Assembly: GCA_964230645.1 (NCBI GenBank)
Contig: CAXRHT010000003.1
Span: forward strand, 352,001-416,000
Length of the DNA stretch: 64,000 nucleotides
Origin: Bdellovibrionales bacterium
GTDB taxonomy: Bacteria > Bdellovibrionota > Bdellovibrionia > Bdellovibrionales > JAGQZY01
Direction of reading: 5' to 3'
A program made the translations under genes and the position numbers. Within the stretch, counting starts at the first letter, position 1. The number at the start of each line of letters is the position of its first letter. Below the pieces are notes generated by a model, which was not told the DNA's origin, did not search any database, and was given only the letters and a program-made list of their open reading frames with translations. Below are positions 9,067 through 19,013 of the stretch, in pieces.

Positions 9067-10171
9067 TGAGCGCCTCCTGACTAAAAACTCCCATAAGCTG
9101 ACCTTTATCGTTTACCACGGGGAGAGCGGATTCTTTTGCGTCCAAGATTTTTTGCATACCATGAAGGATATTATCAGTACTTTGAAGCTTTAATTCATGA
9201 GAGTTTTTTCCGACCTCTTGACTCTTTAGAAGCATGCGATCTTTGTCGACAAAATAATGATAGCGTTGCTTTTGGCTTTGAAGAAAAGAGTCGACCTCAT
9301 TTAAAGAAGAGAAGCTCTTACATTCATTAGTTTCAATATCACAGACTTCAAAGCCTTTCGGATTCTCAAAAGTGGAGAACACGCTGGTGTTTAATACCGA
9401 ATAAAGAAAGACCTCTTTTAAAATATTTCCTGGTGAGTGGGAGTGAATAAAGCTTTCTACAAACTTTGTTGCCGGCGAGAGCAAAAATTTACTGGGTCGT
9501 CCTTTTTGTTCAATTTTACCTTGGTTAAGTAGGACAATCTCGTCGGCCATTTTAAAAGCTTCGGGGAGATCGTGAGTGACAAGAACAATTGTTAGATGAA
9601 GTTTTGACTGTAAACTTAAAAACTCCTTTTGAATCTCTGCGCGCGTAATAGGATCCAAGGCGCTAAAGGGTTCATCCATAAGCATAATTTGAGGATTCAT
9701 AAACAAAGCTCTAGCGATGCCGACTCGCTGTTGTTGGCCACCACTGATTTGTCTTGGTTTTTTATTGAGAAAATCCTTTGAGTAGGGGAGATCCATGAGT
9801 TCACAAAGCTCTTGGATCCTTTGGTTGATTTGGCTTTTCTGCCAATTTTCTTTGCGGGCAATTATAGAGAGGTTCTCATAGAGGGTCATATGGGGAAAAA
9901 GACCACTGCCCTGAATTGAATAACCCATTTGGCGGCGCCACTGCTCCCCTTTGGAAAAATCAAATTTTTTGTCTTCGATAAAAATTTCGCCATCATTGGG
10001 TTGTAAAAGCCCATTCATCAAGCGAAGTGTGGTTGTTTTACCACTGCCACTAGAGCCCACGAGACAATAGGTTTTTCCTTTTTCAATACATAAGTTGAAA
10101 TCAGAGAGAATGTTTTTATCGCCATAGGAAAATGCGATATTTTTCATATCAATCGCGTAGGGATTGGGCAT
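9056..10171 (-). CDS. ABC transporter ATP-binding subunit (OpuBA/OsmV-like, C-terminal CBS-like region)
   Basis: GSSGSGKT Walker A, ISGGQQQR signature, LMDEPFSALD, VTHD. Overlaps the permease start. Confidence 0.92.
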   Translation of the reverse strand: MPNPYAIDMKNIAFSYGDKNILSDFNLCIEKGKTYCLVGSSGSGKTTTLRLMNGLLQPNDGEIFIEDKKFDFSKGEQWRRQMGYSIQGSGLFPHMTLYENLSIIARKENWQKSQINQRIQELCELMDLPYSKDFLNKKPRQISGGQQQRVGIARALFMNPQIMLMDEPFSALDPITRAEIQKEFLSLQSKLHLTIVLVTHDLPEAFKMADEIVLLNQGKIEQKGRPSKFLLSPATKFVESFIHSHSPGNILKEVFLYSVLNTSVFSTFENPKGFEVCDIETNECKSFSSLNEVDSFLQSQKQRYHYFVDKDRMLLKSQEVGKNSHELKLQSTDNILHGMQKILDAKESALPVVNDKGQLMGVFSQEALSAL

Positions 10172-10261
10172 AGATAGAAAAAATCATTTTATGACAGAGA
10201 TTACAACGAAAAAAAGTTTAATTTACAAAAGGAAAGGGCAGTAAATTAAATAATTTATAAC

Positions 10262-11293
10262 CTAAGATTTAACTTGGGAATAAACTAAAAGTTCGGCTCC
10301 GAGGCGCCAATCAGGAGAGTGCTTTAAACGAGTCCAATAGCGAAAATTGAAGTCTTTTTGCATTTTCTCTCGTAACTCCCACTCGCTACCTCCAAAGTAA
10401 GGTCCCCCTCTTTTGGGGACTACAAAGAAAATTCCAAGAAGGTGGCCATCGTCAGTCAGAAGCTTTTTCCAGGCTTTAACCATTTTGGAACGCTTCTCTG
10501 GAGCGATCGCACAGTAGAGCGTGTGTTCAAAAATCAAATCAAAAGTGGATTGGTTATTGTCAGCAAACTCAAAAAAGTCGCTCTTCACAAAGTTCAGATT
10601 CTCGATATCCCCATAGAGTTTTTGGGCTTCTTCCAAAGCGCGGTCGCTAAAATCAAGAGCTGTTACGATATGTCCCTGTTTTGCTAGATAGGCAGCATCA
10701 TGGCCACGGCCGCAACCAGGAACCAGAATTCGACATTTGTTAATTTTTAGCTGGTTCATAGCACTTTTAAGCTCGGGATGAGGTTTTTCTAAATCCCACC
10801 CGGGAAGCTCGGGTTCATTGTATTTTTGAGTCCAGAAAGGAGAGCCTTTAACATCGTCGTTTGCGAAATAATAATCAGGGGTTTGAATCTGATGACTGTT
10901 TATTTTAATGGAATCGTCATCAAATTCTTCAGCGAGGTTAAAGAGTTCCGCCTGAGCGGGCCGGGATAAGACAAAGGGAATACCTCTTTTCGTTTTCCCG
11001 TGGAAGCGGTCCCATTCATCCACACAAAAAGAGGAAACCTCGGCTTCTTCTTTGAGTTGATAAGGCATTTGCAAAACAATTTTATTATTCTCAAGATGAA
11101 CTTGCCTTGCCACATAAGGCTTATCGAAGCATTCGACAATGGCCTCATCTCCTTCAAAATTGAGATGGGTCACACCGTAGTCATCCAGAGTTATTTGCGA
11201 GAGCATATCGTGACCGATGGGTTCATCCGTCACTCGGAGACCATTGTGAAGGACAAAATAGCCCTCCTCATCAATGGCAATTGTTTTGATCAT
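10262..11293 (-). CDS. TPMT/thiol-halide-type SAM methyltransferase with an N-terminal DUF1285-like domain
   Basis: The C-half has FW..KY...GWD, ILVPGCGRGHDA, DFF, FEHTLYCAI and GGP(Y/F)G motifs. The N-half resembles DUF1285 (I.IDEEG.F, VE..D.PYVA, SRPA..EL). Confidence 0.8.
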   Translation of the reverse strand: MIKTIAIDEEGYFVLHNGLRVTDEPIGHDMLSQITLDDYGVTHLNFEGDEAIVECFDKPYVARQVHLENNKIVLQMPYQLKEEAEVSSFCVDEWDRFHGKTKRGIPFVLSRPAQAELFNLAEEFDDDSIKINSHQIQTPDYYFANDDVKGSPFWTQKYNEPELPGWDLEKPHPELKSAMNQLKINKCRILVPGCGRGHDAAYLAKQGHIVTALDFSDRALEEAQKLYGDIENLNFVKSDFFEFADNNQSTFDLIFEHTLYCAIAPEKRSKMVKAWKKLLTDDGHLLGIFFVVPKRGGPYFGGSEWELREKMQKDFNFRYWTRLKHSPDWRLGAELLVYSQVKS

Positions 11294-11299
11294 TGAGTT

Positions 11300-11773
11300 T
11301 TATTCCACTTCGTCGGGATCATCTTGTGAATCGGTAGTCTCTTCCTCGGAAGCGGGCTCATCCACTTGCTCGACTTCACCTTCTTCAGTAATTTCAAAGG
11401 GCTCCATAAATTCGACTTTTACATCACCGGCATTTTCGATCTGAGCGGTCCACTTATTGCCATCTTTGGAGGTGATTAAAAAGGTTCCGCGACGGTAGAC
11501 TTTTTCCATTTCTCCATCAGCATTTGGCTCCATATAGGAAAACTTGAAATGAGCTTTCATCTCTTTGCCGCTTTCAATGACTTCAGTGTAGATCTTAGAA
11601 AACTCAATTTCCGTAGCGTTGGGCTGATTGTTCTGCACAGCCTGAGTCATATAAGCGGTAATGAGGTTATTGATCTTGTTCATTTGATCGATGGTTAATT
11701 CTTCTGAACGTTTGGAGAACCAAAAAGTAAAACAAATGAATGCAATCACGATAACTAAGCTCAAATACTTCAT
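11300..11773 (-). CDS. Hypothetical membrane-anchored protein
   Basis: GAGG RBS before ATG 11773 ([12 protein letters not shown]); single N-terminal TM helix; acidic tail. Confidence 0.6.
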   Translation of the reverse strand: MKYLSLVIVIAFICFTFWFSKRSEELTIDQMNKINNLITAYMTQAVQNNQPNATEIEFSKIYTEVIESGKEMKAHFKFSYMEPNADGEMEKVYRRGTFLITSKDGNKWTAQIENAGDVKVEFMEPFEITEEGEVEQVDEPASEEETTDSQDDPDEVE

Positions 11774-11959
11774 GTGTGGACCTCTGAGGTTGATTCGTTT
11801 CACCATTGTGCCTCGAATCAGGGCTTTAGTAAAAGGCTTAGATGTAAAGCTTTATGGCGCGCCACAGCAATGACGCGCTTCCGAAAAACGGAAGTCGCTC
11901 TTGGCCGAAAGTTGTTTAAAAACGGGAATTTGTCTATGGTCCCAGCATTGGAGACTCCC

Positions 11960-13567
11960 ATGGCCCAGATACAAACTCAGTTAGACTCTACTTCCGAACA
12001 ATTTAAAAAAAATAAGGACTTTATGGATGGCCTTGTTAATCAGCTCAACGAGCGAGTGGAGCAGGTTAAAAAAGGTGGCGGTGAAAAGTCTTTAGAAAGG
12101 CATCGCTCGCGCGGCAAATTGCCCGCTCGAGAAAGAATTGAAAAAATTATTGATCCGCAATCCTCTTTTTTAGAATTTTCAACTCTTGCGGCTTGGGAGC
12201 TTTACGATGGTGCAGCCCCAGGGGCTGGAGTGGTCACAGGCATTGGTCTTGTTAGTGGAGTTGAGTGCGTGATCGTTGCTAACGATGCCACCGTCAAAGG
12301 GGGTACCTATTTCCCAATGACGGTCAAAAAACATTTGCGGGCTCAAGAAGTGGCTATGGAAAATGGACTCCCTTGTGTCTATTTGGTGGACTCGGGCGGA
12401 GCCTTTCTCCCCATGCAAGATGAAGTTTTCCCGGACCGGGACCATTTCGGACGCATATTTTATAACCAAGCTCGAATGTCTGCTCAGGGAATTCCTCAAA
12501 TTTCTATAGTAATGGGAAGTTGCACGGCCGGTGGAGCCTACGTTCCGGCCATGAGTGATGAAAACGTTATTGTTAAAGACAATGGAACTATTTTTTTAGG
12601 AGGCCCACCCTTAGTAAAAGCCGCCACGGGAGAAGATGTTACAGCTGAAGAACTCGGTGGAGCGGCAGTACACAGTTACACCTCTGGAGTCACTGACCAC
12701 TTTGCAGAAGACGATGAGCAGGCCCTTTTGAAAGCTCGTGAAATCGTAAAGCATCTCAACCACACTCGTAAACAATCCGTCGATCTAAAAGAAACAGAAG
12801 AACCACTTTATGAGGCTTCTGAACTTTATGGAATTATTCCTGAAGACACTCGCGTGCAATTTGATGTGAGGGAAGTGATCGCTCGTATTATTGATGGCAG
12901 TGATTTCCATGAATTTAAAAGTGGCTATGGCACATCCCTAGTGACAGGCTTTGCACGAATTTGGGGAATGCCGGTAGGAATCATCGCCAATAACGGTGTT
13001 CTTTTTAGTGAGTCGGCAATGAAGGCCGCTCACTTCATTGAGCTTTGTGAGCAACGACGAGTGCCCTTGGTTTTCTTGCAAAATATTACGGGCTTTATGG
13101 TCGGAAAATCTTACGAGCACGAAGGCATCGCTAAGCATGGCGCCAAGATGGTGATGGCCGTGAGTAATGCCAGTGTGCCTAAATTCACCGTTGTTATCGG
13201 TGGTTCTTATGGCGCAGGAAATTACGGCATGTGTGGAAGAGCCTACCAGCCGAGACAGTTATGGATGTGGCCGAATGCTAAAATCTCTGTGATGGGTGGG
13301 GAACAAGCCGCCAATGTTTTATGTACAGTAAAAATGGATCAAAAAGCGGCCAAAGGAGAAGAGATGTCTCCCGAAGAGCAGGAAAAATTTAAAAAACCGA
13401 TTCTTGAAAAATACGCAAAGGAAAGTTCGGCTTATTACTCAAGTGCTCGCATCTGGGATGATGGGATTATTGATCCCACAGACACTCGCCAAGTATTGGC
13501 GTTGGGACTCAGAGCTTCTTTAAATAAAAAATGGAATGAGCCCAAGCAGGGCGTCTTTAGGATGTAG
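11960..13567 (+). CDS. liuB: 3-methylcrotonyl-CoA carboxylase, carboxyltransferase (beta) subunit
   Basis: [44 protein letters not shown] and ARIWDDG motifs. GGAG RBS supports ATG 11960 rather than 11774. Confidence 0.93.
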   Translation: MAQIQTQLDSTSEQFKKNKDFMDGLVNQLNERVEQVKKGGGEKSLERHRSRGKLPARERIEKIIDPQSSFLEFSTLAAWELYDGAAPGAGVVTGIGLVSGVECVIVANDATVKGGTYFPMTVKKHLRAQEVAMENGLPCVYLVDSGGAFLPMQDEVFPDRDHFGRIFYNQARMSAQGIPQISIVMGSCTAGGAYVPAMSDENVIVKDNGTIFLGGPPLVKAATGEDVTAEELGGAAVHSYTSGVTDHFAEDDEQALLKAREIVKHLNHTRKQSVDLKETEEPLYEASELYGIIPEDTRVQFDVREVIARIIDGSDFHEFKSGYGTSLVTGFARIWGMPVGIIANNGVLFSESAMKAAHFIELCEQRRVPLVFLQNITGFMVGKSYEHEGIAKHGAKMVMAVSNASVPKFTVVIGGSYGAGNYGMCGRAYQPRQLWMWPNAKISVMGGEQAANVLCTVKMDQKAAKGEEMSPEEQEKFKKPILEKYAKESSAYYSSARIWDDGIIDPTDTRQVLALGLRASLNKKWNEPKQGVFRM

Positions 13568-13570
13568 ATC

Positions 13571-14341
13571 ATGGAAAACTTAAGAATCATACAGAAAGAT
13601 CATTTGATTTCAGTCACCCTCAATCGACCCAAGGTTCGCAATGCCTTTAATGATGCAATGATTGAAGAAATGACGGCCACTTTCAAAGAGGCCAGTAAAA
13701 ACCAAGAGCTTCGAGTGATGATTCTTCAAGGAGCCGGTGAGAGTTTTAGTGCCGGAGGGGATCTTAACTGGATGAAGTCCATGGTCGACTACACCGAAAA
13801 AGAAAATATTGCCGATTCAGAAAAGCTTTTCGAAATGTATGAGGCTCTTAAAAATGTACCAGTACCAGTAGTCACCATGGTCCATGGTCACGCCATGGGT
13901 GGGGCTTTAGGTCTTATAGCAGCTAGTGACATCGTCTATGCAGAGGAAGACACGCAATTTTGTTTTAGCGAAGTGCGCTTGGGGCTGGCACCGGCTGTCA
14001 TCAGTGCGTTTGTGAAAGACAAAATCTTACCGCGTGACATGCACCGCTACTTTCTCACCGCCGAAGTTTTCGATTCGGCCGACGCCTTCGACATGGGGTT
14101 GATTCATGGCTATGGGGGAAAAGAAGAGGTGGAGGAAACTGTTTTTAAAACCGCACAAAAAATTTCTAAAAACGGCCCGCAAGCGGTACGCGCCACCAAG
14201 AAATTAATTTTTGATTTAGAGTCCTCAAAGAATTTAAAGAAAACAACCTCCGAGGTTATCGCTAAACTGCGAGTGGGCGATGAAGGACAAGAGGGATTGA
14301 GTGCATTTTTTGAAAAGAGGAAACCTTCGTGGCTGATATAA
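13571..14341 (+). CDS. liuC: Methylglutaconyl-CoA hydratase (enoyl-CoA hydratase family)
   Basis: LNRPKVRNAF, FSAGGDL, FSEVRLGL.PAVIS and EGQEGL.AF.EKRKP.W motifs; operon context. Confidence 0.85.
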   Translation: MENLRIIQKDHLISVTLNRPKVRNAFNDAMIEEMTATFKEASKNQELRVMILQGAGESFSAGGDLNWMKSMVDYTEKENIADSEKLFEMYEALKNVPVPVVTMVHGHAMGGALGLIAASDIVYAEEDTQFCFSEVRLGLAPAVISAFVKDKILPRDMHRYFLTAEVFDSADAFDMGLIHGYGGKEEVEETVFKTAQKISKNGPQAVRATKKLIFDLESSKNLKKTTSEVIAKLRVGDEGQEGLSAFFEKRKPSWLI

Positions 14342-15807
14342 AAAGTGTTGCAATTGCAAACAGAGGAGAGGTGGCCGTTCGAATCATTCGAGCTTGCCAA
14401 GAGTTAGGCTTAGAGTCGGTTTTACTACACTCAAAAGCTGATATCGGTACTAGGGCTTATCGCCAAGCGGATCGAACGATCTGTATTGGTGAATCTTCGG
14501 TCAACCAATCCTATCTTTCCATTGAGAAAAATGTCGACGGAGTTTTGGCTTCGGGGGCACAGGCTGTTCACCCTGGCTTTGGTTTTCTGTCAGAGAATTC
14601 TGATTTTGCTCAAGCGCTGATCGACAAAGGTATCGAATTTATTGGTCCGAGCCCAGAAGCCATTCGTAAAATGGGTGATAAGATTGAGGCCAAACATATT
14701 ATTGAAAAGGCGAAGGTTCCGAGCGTTCCGGGTTATAATGGTGCCGATCAGAGTCTGGAAACTCTTACCAGCGAAGCCGAAAAAATTGGTTATCCCGTTA
14801 TCGTAAAAGCGGCCGCCGGCGGTGGTGGACGAGGAATGAAGGTCATTCGTTCCAAAGAAGAATCAAAGGAAATGATTGAAGCGGCAAAGCGAGAAGGTAA
14901 AAGTGCTTTTGGAAGTGATAAGGTATTCCTTGAGAAATATCTGGATAAAGCCAAGCACATAGAGGTTCAAATATTTGGAGATTTAAGCGGAAATGTGGTT
15001 CACCTTTTTGACCGTGAATGTTCCGTGCAAAGGCGCCATCAAAAAATTGTGGAAGAGGCCATGTCGCCCTCTCTTTCAACCGATTTGCGCCTTGAGATTT
15101 GTCAGTCGGCCGTAAAGCTTGCCAAAGAGGTTAACTATGTCGGGGCGGGAACAGTGGAGTTTCTTGTTCAAGATGGCAATTTTTATTTTCTTGAGATGAA
15201 CACGCGTCTTCAAGTAGAACATCCTGTCACCGAATTGGTTCTTGGAGTGGATTTGGTGAAGGCTCAAATTCTCAATCAAATGAACCGTTTCTCTGTATGG
15301 GACCAGGACTTACTCACTCCACGAGGGCACGCCATTGAGTGCCGACTTTATGCGGAAGATCCTTATTCTGTAGGGATTCCTTCCACCGGACCTGTAGGCT
15401 ACCAACACTGGCCGGATGGGCCGGGACGGCGTTTTGACTATGGATACGAAGAGGGCGATGAGGTGACTCCCTTTTATGATTCTATGATGGCGAAAATTAT
15501 TGTTTGGGATGAAAACCGCAGCAGAGCCATCAGGAAAATGCTTAAAACCCTTGATCAAACAATTTTGTTTGGAGTGAAGTCAAATATTCCTTTTTTAAAG
15601 AAAATTCTCTCCCATCCTGATTTCGTTGACGGAAGTTTTAACACTCAATTTATTAATCAGTATTTTCCCCAAGGCCTTGAGGTGGAAGAAAAAAACACCG
15701 AAATGATCAAAGAGGTGGGGGAATTGTTGTTTCAAAAAGTTGGCGAGAGAACAGGATCTAATCAAGCCGTAAGTTCACCCTGGACTCAGCACTGGAGTAA
15801 TGTATGA
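14329..15807 (+). CDS. liuD: Methylcrotonyl-CoA carboxylase, biotin carboxylase subunit
   Basis: IANRGEVA, HPGFGFLSEN, AGGGGRGM, RECSVQRRHQK, EMNTRLQVEHPVTE. Confidence 0.9.
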   Translation: MADIKSVAIANRGEVAVRIIRACQELGLESVLLHSKADIGTRAYRQADRTICIGESSVNQSYLSIEKNVDGVLASGAQAVHPGFGFLSENSDFAQALIDKGIEFIGPSPEAIRKMGDKIEAKHIIEKAKVPSVPGYNGADQSLETLTSEAEKIGYPVIVKAAAGGGGRGMKVIRSKEESKEMIEAAKREGKSAFGSDKVFLEKYLDKAKHIEVQIFGDLSGNVVHLFDRECSVQRRHQKIVEEAMSPSLSTDLRLEICQSAVKLAKEVNYVGAGTVEFLVQDGNFYFLEMNTRLQVEHPVTELVLGVDLVKAQILNQMNRFSVWDQDLLTPRGHAIECRLYAEDPYSVGIPSTGPVGYQHWPDGPGRRFDYGYEEGDEVTPFYDSMMAKIIVWDENRSRAIRKMLKTLDQTILFGVKSNIPFLKKILSHPDFVDGSFNTQFINQYFPQGLEVEEKNTEMIKEVGELLFQKVGERTGSNQAVSSPWTQHWSNV

Positions 15808-16172
15808 AAAAACTAAAAATCCAGTGGCAGGGTAAAGAAAGGGAAGTTCTTGTTCAAAAAATTAAAGGGAAGCTTTGGTTTCACCTAGACGGGGAAACTC
15901 ATTCGTATTCCCCTGAGATCAATCAATCCTCATCCGGAGCCGCAGCTTCTCAAGATCCTACGAAAATTGTAGCCCCCATGCCTGGCAAGGTCATGAAAGT
16001 ATTAAAATCAGTTGGAGACGCAGTGAAAACTGGCGAGACGGTCGTGGTTTTAGAAGCGATGAAAATGGAGTACAATTTAAAGGCTGAGGCCGACTTTAAG
16101 GTTAAAAAAATCAACGCCAAAGAAGAGCAATCGGTTGCATTGGGAGCTCTTCTTGTTGAGTTAGAAGAATAA
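15804..16172 (+). CDS. Biotin carboxyl carrier protein (separate BCCP of MCC)
   Basis: APMPGKV and the EAMKME biotinylation motif; ATGA overlap with the upstream gene. Confidence 0.9.
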   Translation: MKKLKIQWQGKEREVLVQKIKGKLWFHLDGETHSYSPEINQSSSGAAASQDPTKIVAPMPGKVMKVLKSVGDAVKTGETVVVLEAMKMEYNLKAEADFKVKKINAKEEQSVALGALLVELEE

Positions 16173-16173
16173 A

Positions 16174-17079
16174 ATGGCAAAAATTCAATTAGTGGAAATG
16201 GGATTAAGAGATGGACTTCAAAATGAAGCTGTTCACTTGTCCGTAAGTCAAAGATTTCAGCTGTTAAAGCGTCTCGATAGTTCTGGATTAAAGAGAATCG
16301 AGGTGGGTGCCTTTGTTTCGCCCAAGTGGGTTCCACAAATGGCCGATACATCAAAGCTTGTGAAAAAAGCTCTGCGCTCCATCGATCAAAAAAAGCTTAA
16401 TTCTTCACTAAGAATTTCTGCACTTGTTCCCAATATGAAAGGTTTTGAAAACGCTGAGGAGTCGGGAATAAAAGAGATTGCAGTGTTTGGAGCTGCGTCG
16501 GAAACCTTCTCCCAAAAAAATATTAACTGCACAGTAAATGAGAGTTTGGAAAAGTTCGCCGATGTGGTGGCTGCTGCTAAGAGTAAAAAAATTAAAACAA
16601 GAGCTTATCTTTCCACAGTTTTTGGTTGCCCCTATGAGGGTCATGTCCCTGAAAAAAAAGTTTTAACAGTTTTTGAAAAGCTCTTAGACTTAGGTGTCTA
16701 CGAAGTATCTCTAGGAGACACGATCGGTGTTGCTAGCCCCAAGCAAGTCCGAAGTATTTTAAGTAAAGTATTAAAAATAGCAGATAAAAAACAGGTGGCC
16801 ATGCACTTCCATGATACACGGGGAACGGCCATTGCCAATATTCTAGCGAGTCTCGATTTTGATATTACAACCTTTGATACCAGTATTGGTGGGTTGGGCG
16901 GGTGCCCCTACGCTCCGGGAGCGGCTGGAAACGTAGCCACCGAGGATGTTCTTTATATGCTCGATAAAATGGGGCTAAAAACAGGGGTTGATTTACAAAA
17001 GCTCGTCAAAACCACTCGCTGGATGAATAAGCAAGTGGGTCGGCAATTGCCTTCAAAGCTAAGTCTGGTCGGACGCTAA
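16174..17079 (+). CDS. liuE: Hydroxymethylglutaryl-CoA lyase
   Basis: RDGLQNE, FVSPKWVPQMAD, HFHDTRG, GLGGCPYAPGAAGNVATED. Confidence 0.95.
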   Translation: MAKIQLVEMGLRDGLQNEAVHLSVSQRFQLLKRLDSSGLKRIEVGAFVSPKWVPQMADTSKLVKKALRSIDQKKLNSSLRISALVPNMKGFENAEESGIKEIAVFGAASETFSQKNINCTVNESLEKFADVVAAAKSKKIKTRAYLSTVFGCPYEGHVPEKKVLTVFEKLLDLGVYEVSLGDTIGVASPKQVRSILSKVLKIADKKQVAMHFHDTRGTAIANILASLDFDITTFDTSIGGLGGCPYAPGAAGNVATEDVLYMLDKMGLKTGVDLQKLVKTTRWMNKQVGRQLPSKLSLVGR

Positions 17080-17082
17080 ACT

Positions 17083-17655
17083 TTATTGGCTTGAAGCCTG
17101 CTTTTTATTGGTTGAATTATTGGAGTTGGCTTCATCGTTTTCAGCTTTCTTCTTATCTACTTTTTTAGAGGAATCTTTGCCTTTCTTAGGCTCTTTTTCA
17201 GAGGCTTTTTTCGCAGAGGCTTGGTCTGATTCTTTTTCACCTTTCGATTCTTGGCCCGATTGCTGATCAGATCCTTTGCCCGCACCAGCTGTTGTGCCTT
17301 GAGCACCAACTTCGCCAGGCTTGAGTTCACGCTGATAAACTTCAGGTAAATCATCGGATGATGCATCCTCTTCCCCATCTCCTTTACCTGACCAACCAAT
17401 TTTATCTTCTTTGGTTTGGTAAGCCGTGGGGTTTGAGTCATTGTCACTGTCGATTGATTCGGCAGGGTTTGCGGTTTTATCATCATAGTTGGGTGCGATC
17501 GCTCGAACGCCCTCGTCAGCACGAGTTTCCATTTCACTCTGTCGAGCGAAATAACCAATACCACCCATGAGCAGCCCAAGAGCCACACAGCCTGTGATCG
17601 TGATGATAAAGATTTTAGCACCTTGTCCGAATATTTTATTTCTTTTTTCGCGCAT
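17083..17655 (-). CDS. Hypothetical membrane-anchored low-complexity protein
   Basis: One N-terminal TM helix, disordered D/S/K-rich remainder, GAGG RBS. Confidence 0.6.
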   Translation of the reverse strand: MREKRNKIFGQGAKIFIITITGCVALGLLMGGIGYFARQSEMETRADEGVRAIAPNYDDKTANPAESIDSDNDSNPTAYQTKEDKIGWSGKGDGEEDASSDDLPEVYQRELKPGEVGAQGTTAGAGKGSDQQSGQESKGEKESDQASAKKASEKEPKKGKDSSKKVDKKKAENDEANSNNSTNKKQASSQ

Positions 17656-17877
17656 GAATTACCTCTCAGAACTTAAAGTAATGAATTGTGCTCAATCTTA
17701 GATCATTTAAGTGATTATTAAATGTGTATAAACTTACATAAGAAGGTTTGAGGTCCTGAGTTTTTGAATGGCTCCTGGCGGGTATCCAAATTTTACAAGA
17801 CCGAGGTCAAACTTTTACGGGCCCCAATCTGAGAAAGCCCCGGTTTTCAGTTTCTCTAAAAAAATACTCAACCAGAG

Positions 17878-18225
17878 TTATAAAGACTTGGGTTGGTTTT
17901 TCTCGTCTACCATGACGATGGTTTGGTTGAAATTCCTTGCCTCTTCGGTTTTCATTTGAGCATAAGAAACGATTATGACAATGTCACCTTTATGGACGTG
18001 ACGTGCAGCTGCACCATTGAGACAAATCTCCCCTTCGCCTCCTGGGATAACGTAAGTTGAAAAGCGTGCGCCATTGTTACAATTATAAATGTCCACCTTT
18101 TCGTTAACTAATAAGTCAGCCATCTCTATGAGGTTTTTATCAATCGTGATAGAGCCTTCATAATTGAGATCGGCATCGGTGACTGTTGCTCTGTGTATTT
18201 TTGATTTCATCATAGTACGTATCAT
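17878..18225 (-). CDS. panD: Aspartate 1-decarboxylase
   Basis: [10 protein letters not shown], the YEG-SITID cleavage site, RFSTYVI, NGAAAR. Confidence 0.97.
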   Translation of the reverse strand: MIRTMMKSKIHRATVTDADLNYEGSITIDKNLIEMADLLVNEKVDIYNCNNGARFSTYVIPGGEGEICLNGAAARHVHKGDIVIIVSYAQMKTEEARNFNQTIVMVDEKNQPKSL

Positions 18226-18236
18226 TTTCTACTTCC

Positions 18237-19013
18237 TTAACTGTTCATTTTTAGTGCTAGATAAAGTCCTTTGAGTGCAAGGTCGGGAACTAGGTGATGA
18301 AAAAGTTGTTCTTTTTCAAAAAGACTAGAAAACCCGCCTGTACCGATGAGTAGAGGAGTGTCCTCTTCAACCCACCCTCTTTCTGTTTTAATTTCATTGT
18401 AAATTCCCCGAACCATCTGCAGCTGGCCAAAATAAAGACCCGATTGAATACTCTCGGTAGTTGATTTACCGATCACCGATTCAGGTTTATTGATTTCTAC
18501 TGGGGGGAGTTTTGCGGTTTGAGTTTCAAGGGCCTGCATCGACATTCTCATTCCAGGCAAAATGGACCCTCCCAAATACTCTTTATCTTTAGAGACCACA
18601 CATATAGTGGTTGCCGTTCCAAAATCAACAATGACTTTATTGGTATCAGGAAACAGATGAGCGCTCGCTAAACTATTAGCGATTCGGTCAGCCCCCACCT
18701 CAAGTGGGTTACGGTATTTTATTTTCAATCCCGATTTGACTCCAGCCTGTAGAATAAAAGGAGTATTATTAAAATATTTTCTGCAGGCATTTTTCAGGGA
18801 ATGCAGAACATCGGGAACCACTGTGCAAATGGAAATATGACGGATGCGACTTGGGTCGATGTCATTTTCTCTTAAAACACTACGGAGAAAAAGACCATAT
18901 TCATCAGAAGAGCTTTTCGATGCCGATGTTTTTCGAAACTGCATTAAGAGTTGATCGTCTTTAAAAACGCCACCATGAATTTGGGTATTACCCACATCAA
19001 GACATAAGATCAT
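18237..19013 (-). CDS. coaX: Type III pantothenate kinase
   Basis: DVGNT, GADR, VDFGTATT, GG.ILPG, TGG. Confidence 0.95.
   Translation of the reverse strand: MILCLDVGNTQIHGGVFKDDQLLMQFRKTSASKSSSDEYGLFLRSVLRENDIDPSRIRHISICTVVPDVLHSLKNACRKYFNNTPFILQAGVKSGLKIKYRNPLEVGADRIANSLASAHLFPDTNKVIVDFGTATTICVVSKDKEYLGGSILPGMRMSMQALETQTAKLPPVEINKPESVIGKSTTESIQSGLYFGQLQMVRGIYNEIKTERGWVEEDTPLLIGTGGFSSLFEKEQLFHHLVPDLALKGLYLALKMNS

Noticed and set aside
11774..11959. N-terminal extension of the MCC beta ORF (similar over-long starts at 760, 32077, 36722, 43049, 46559, 51855, 54776)
   Set aside because: Downstream starts have better RBSs, signal peptides, family-typical N-termini or stop/start overlaps. The extensions are longest-ORF artefacts.
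17157..17621. 154-aa alternative-frame ORF inside the low-complexity gene
   Set aside because: A shadow frame of biased sequence. The 190-aa frame has the RBS and TM helix.
17723..17731. Single DnaA-box match TGTGTATAA
   Set aside because: An isolated 9-mer is expected by chance in AT-rich DNA.
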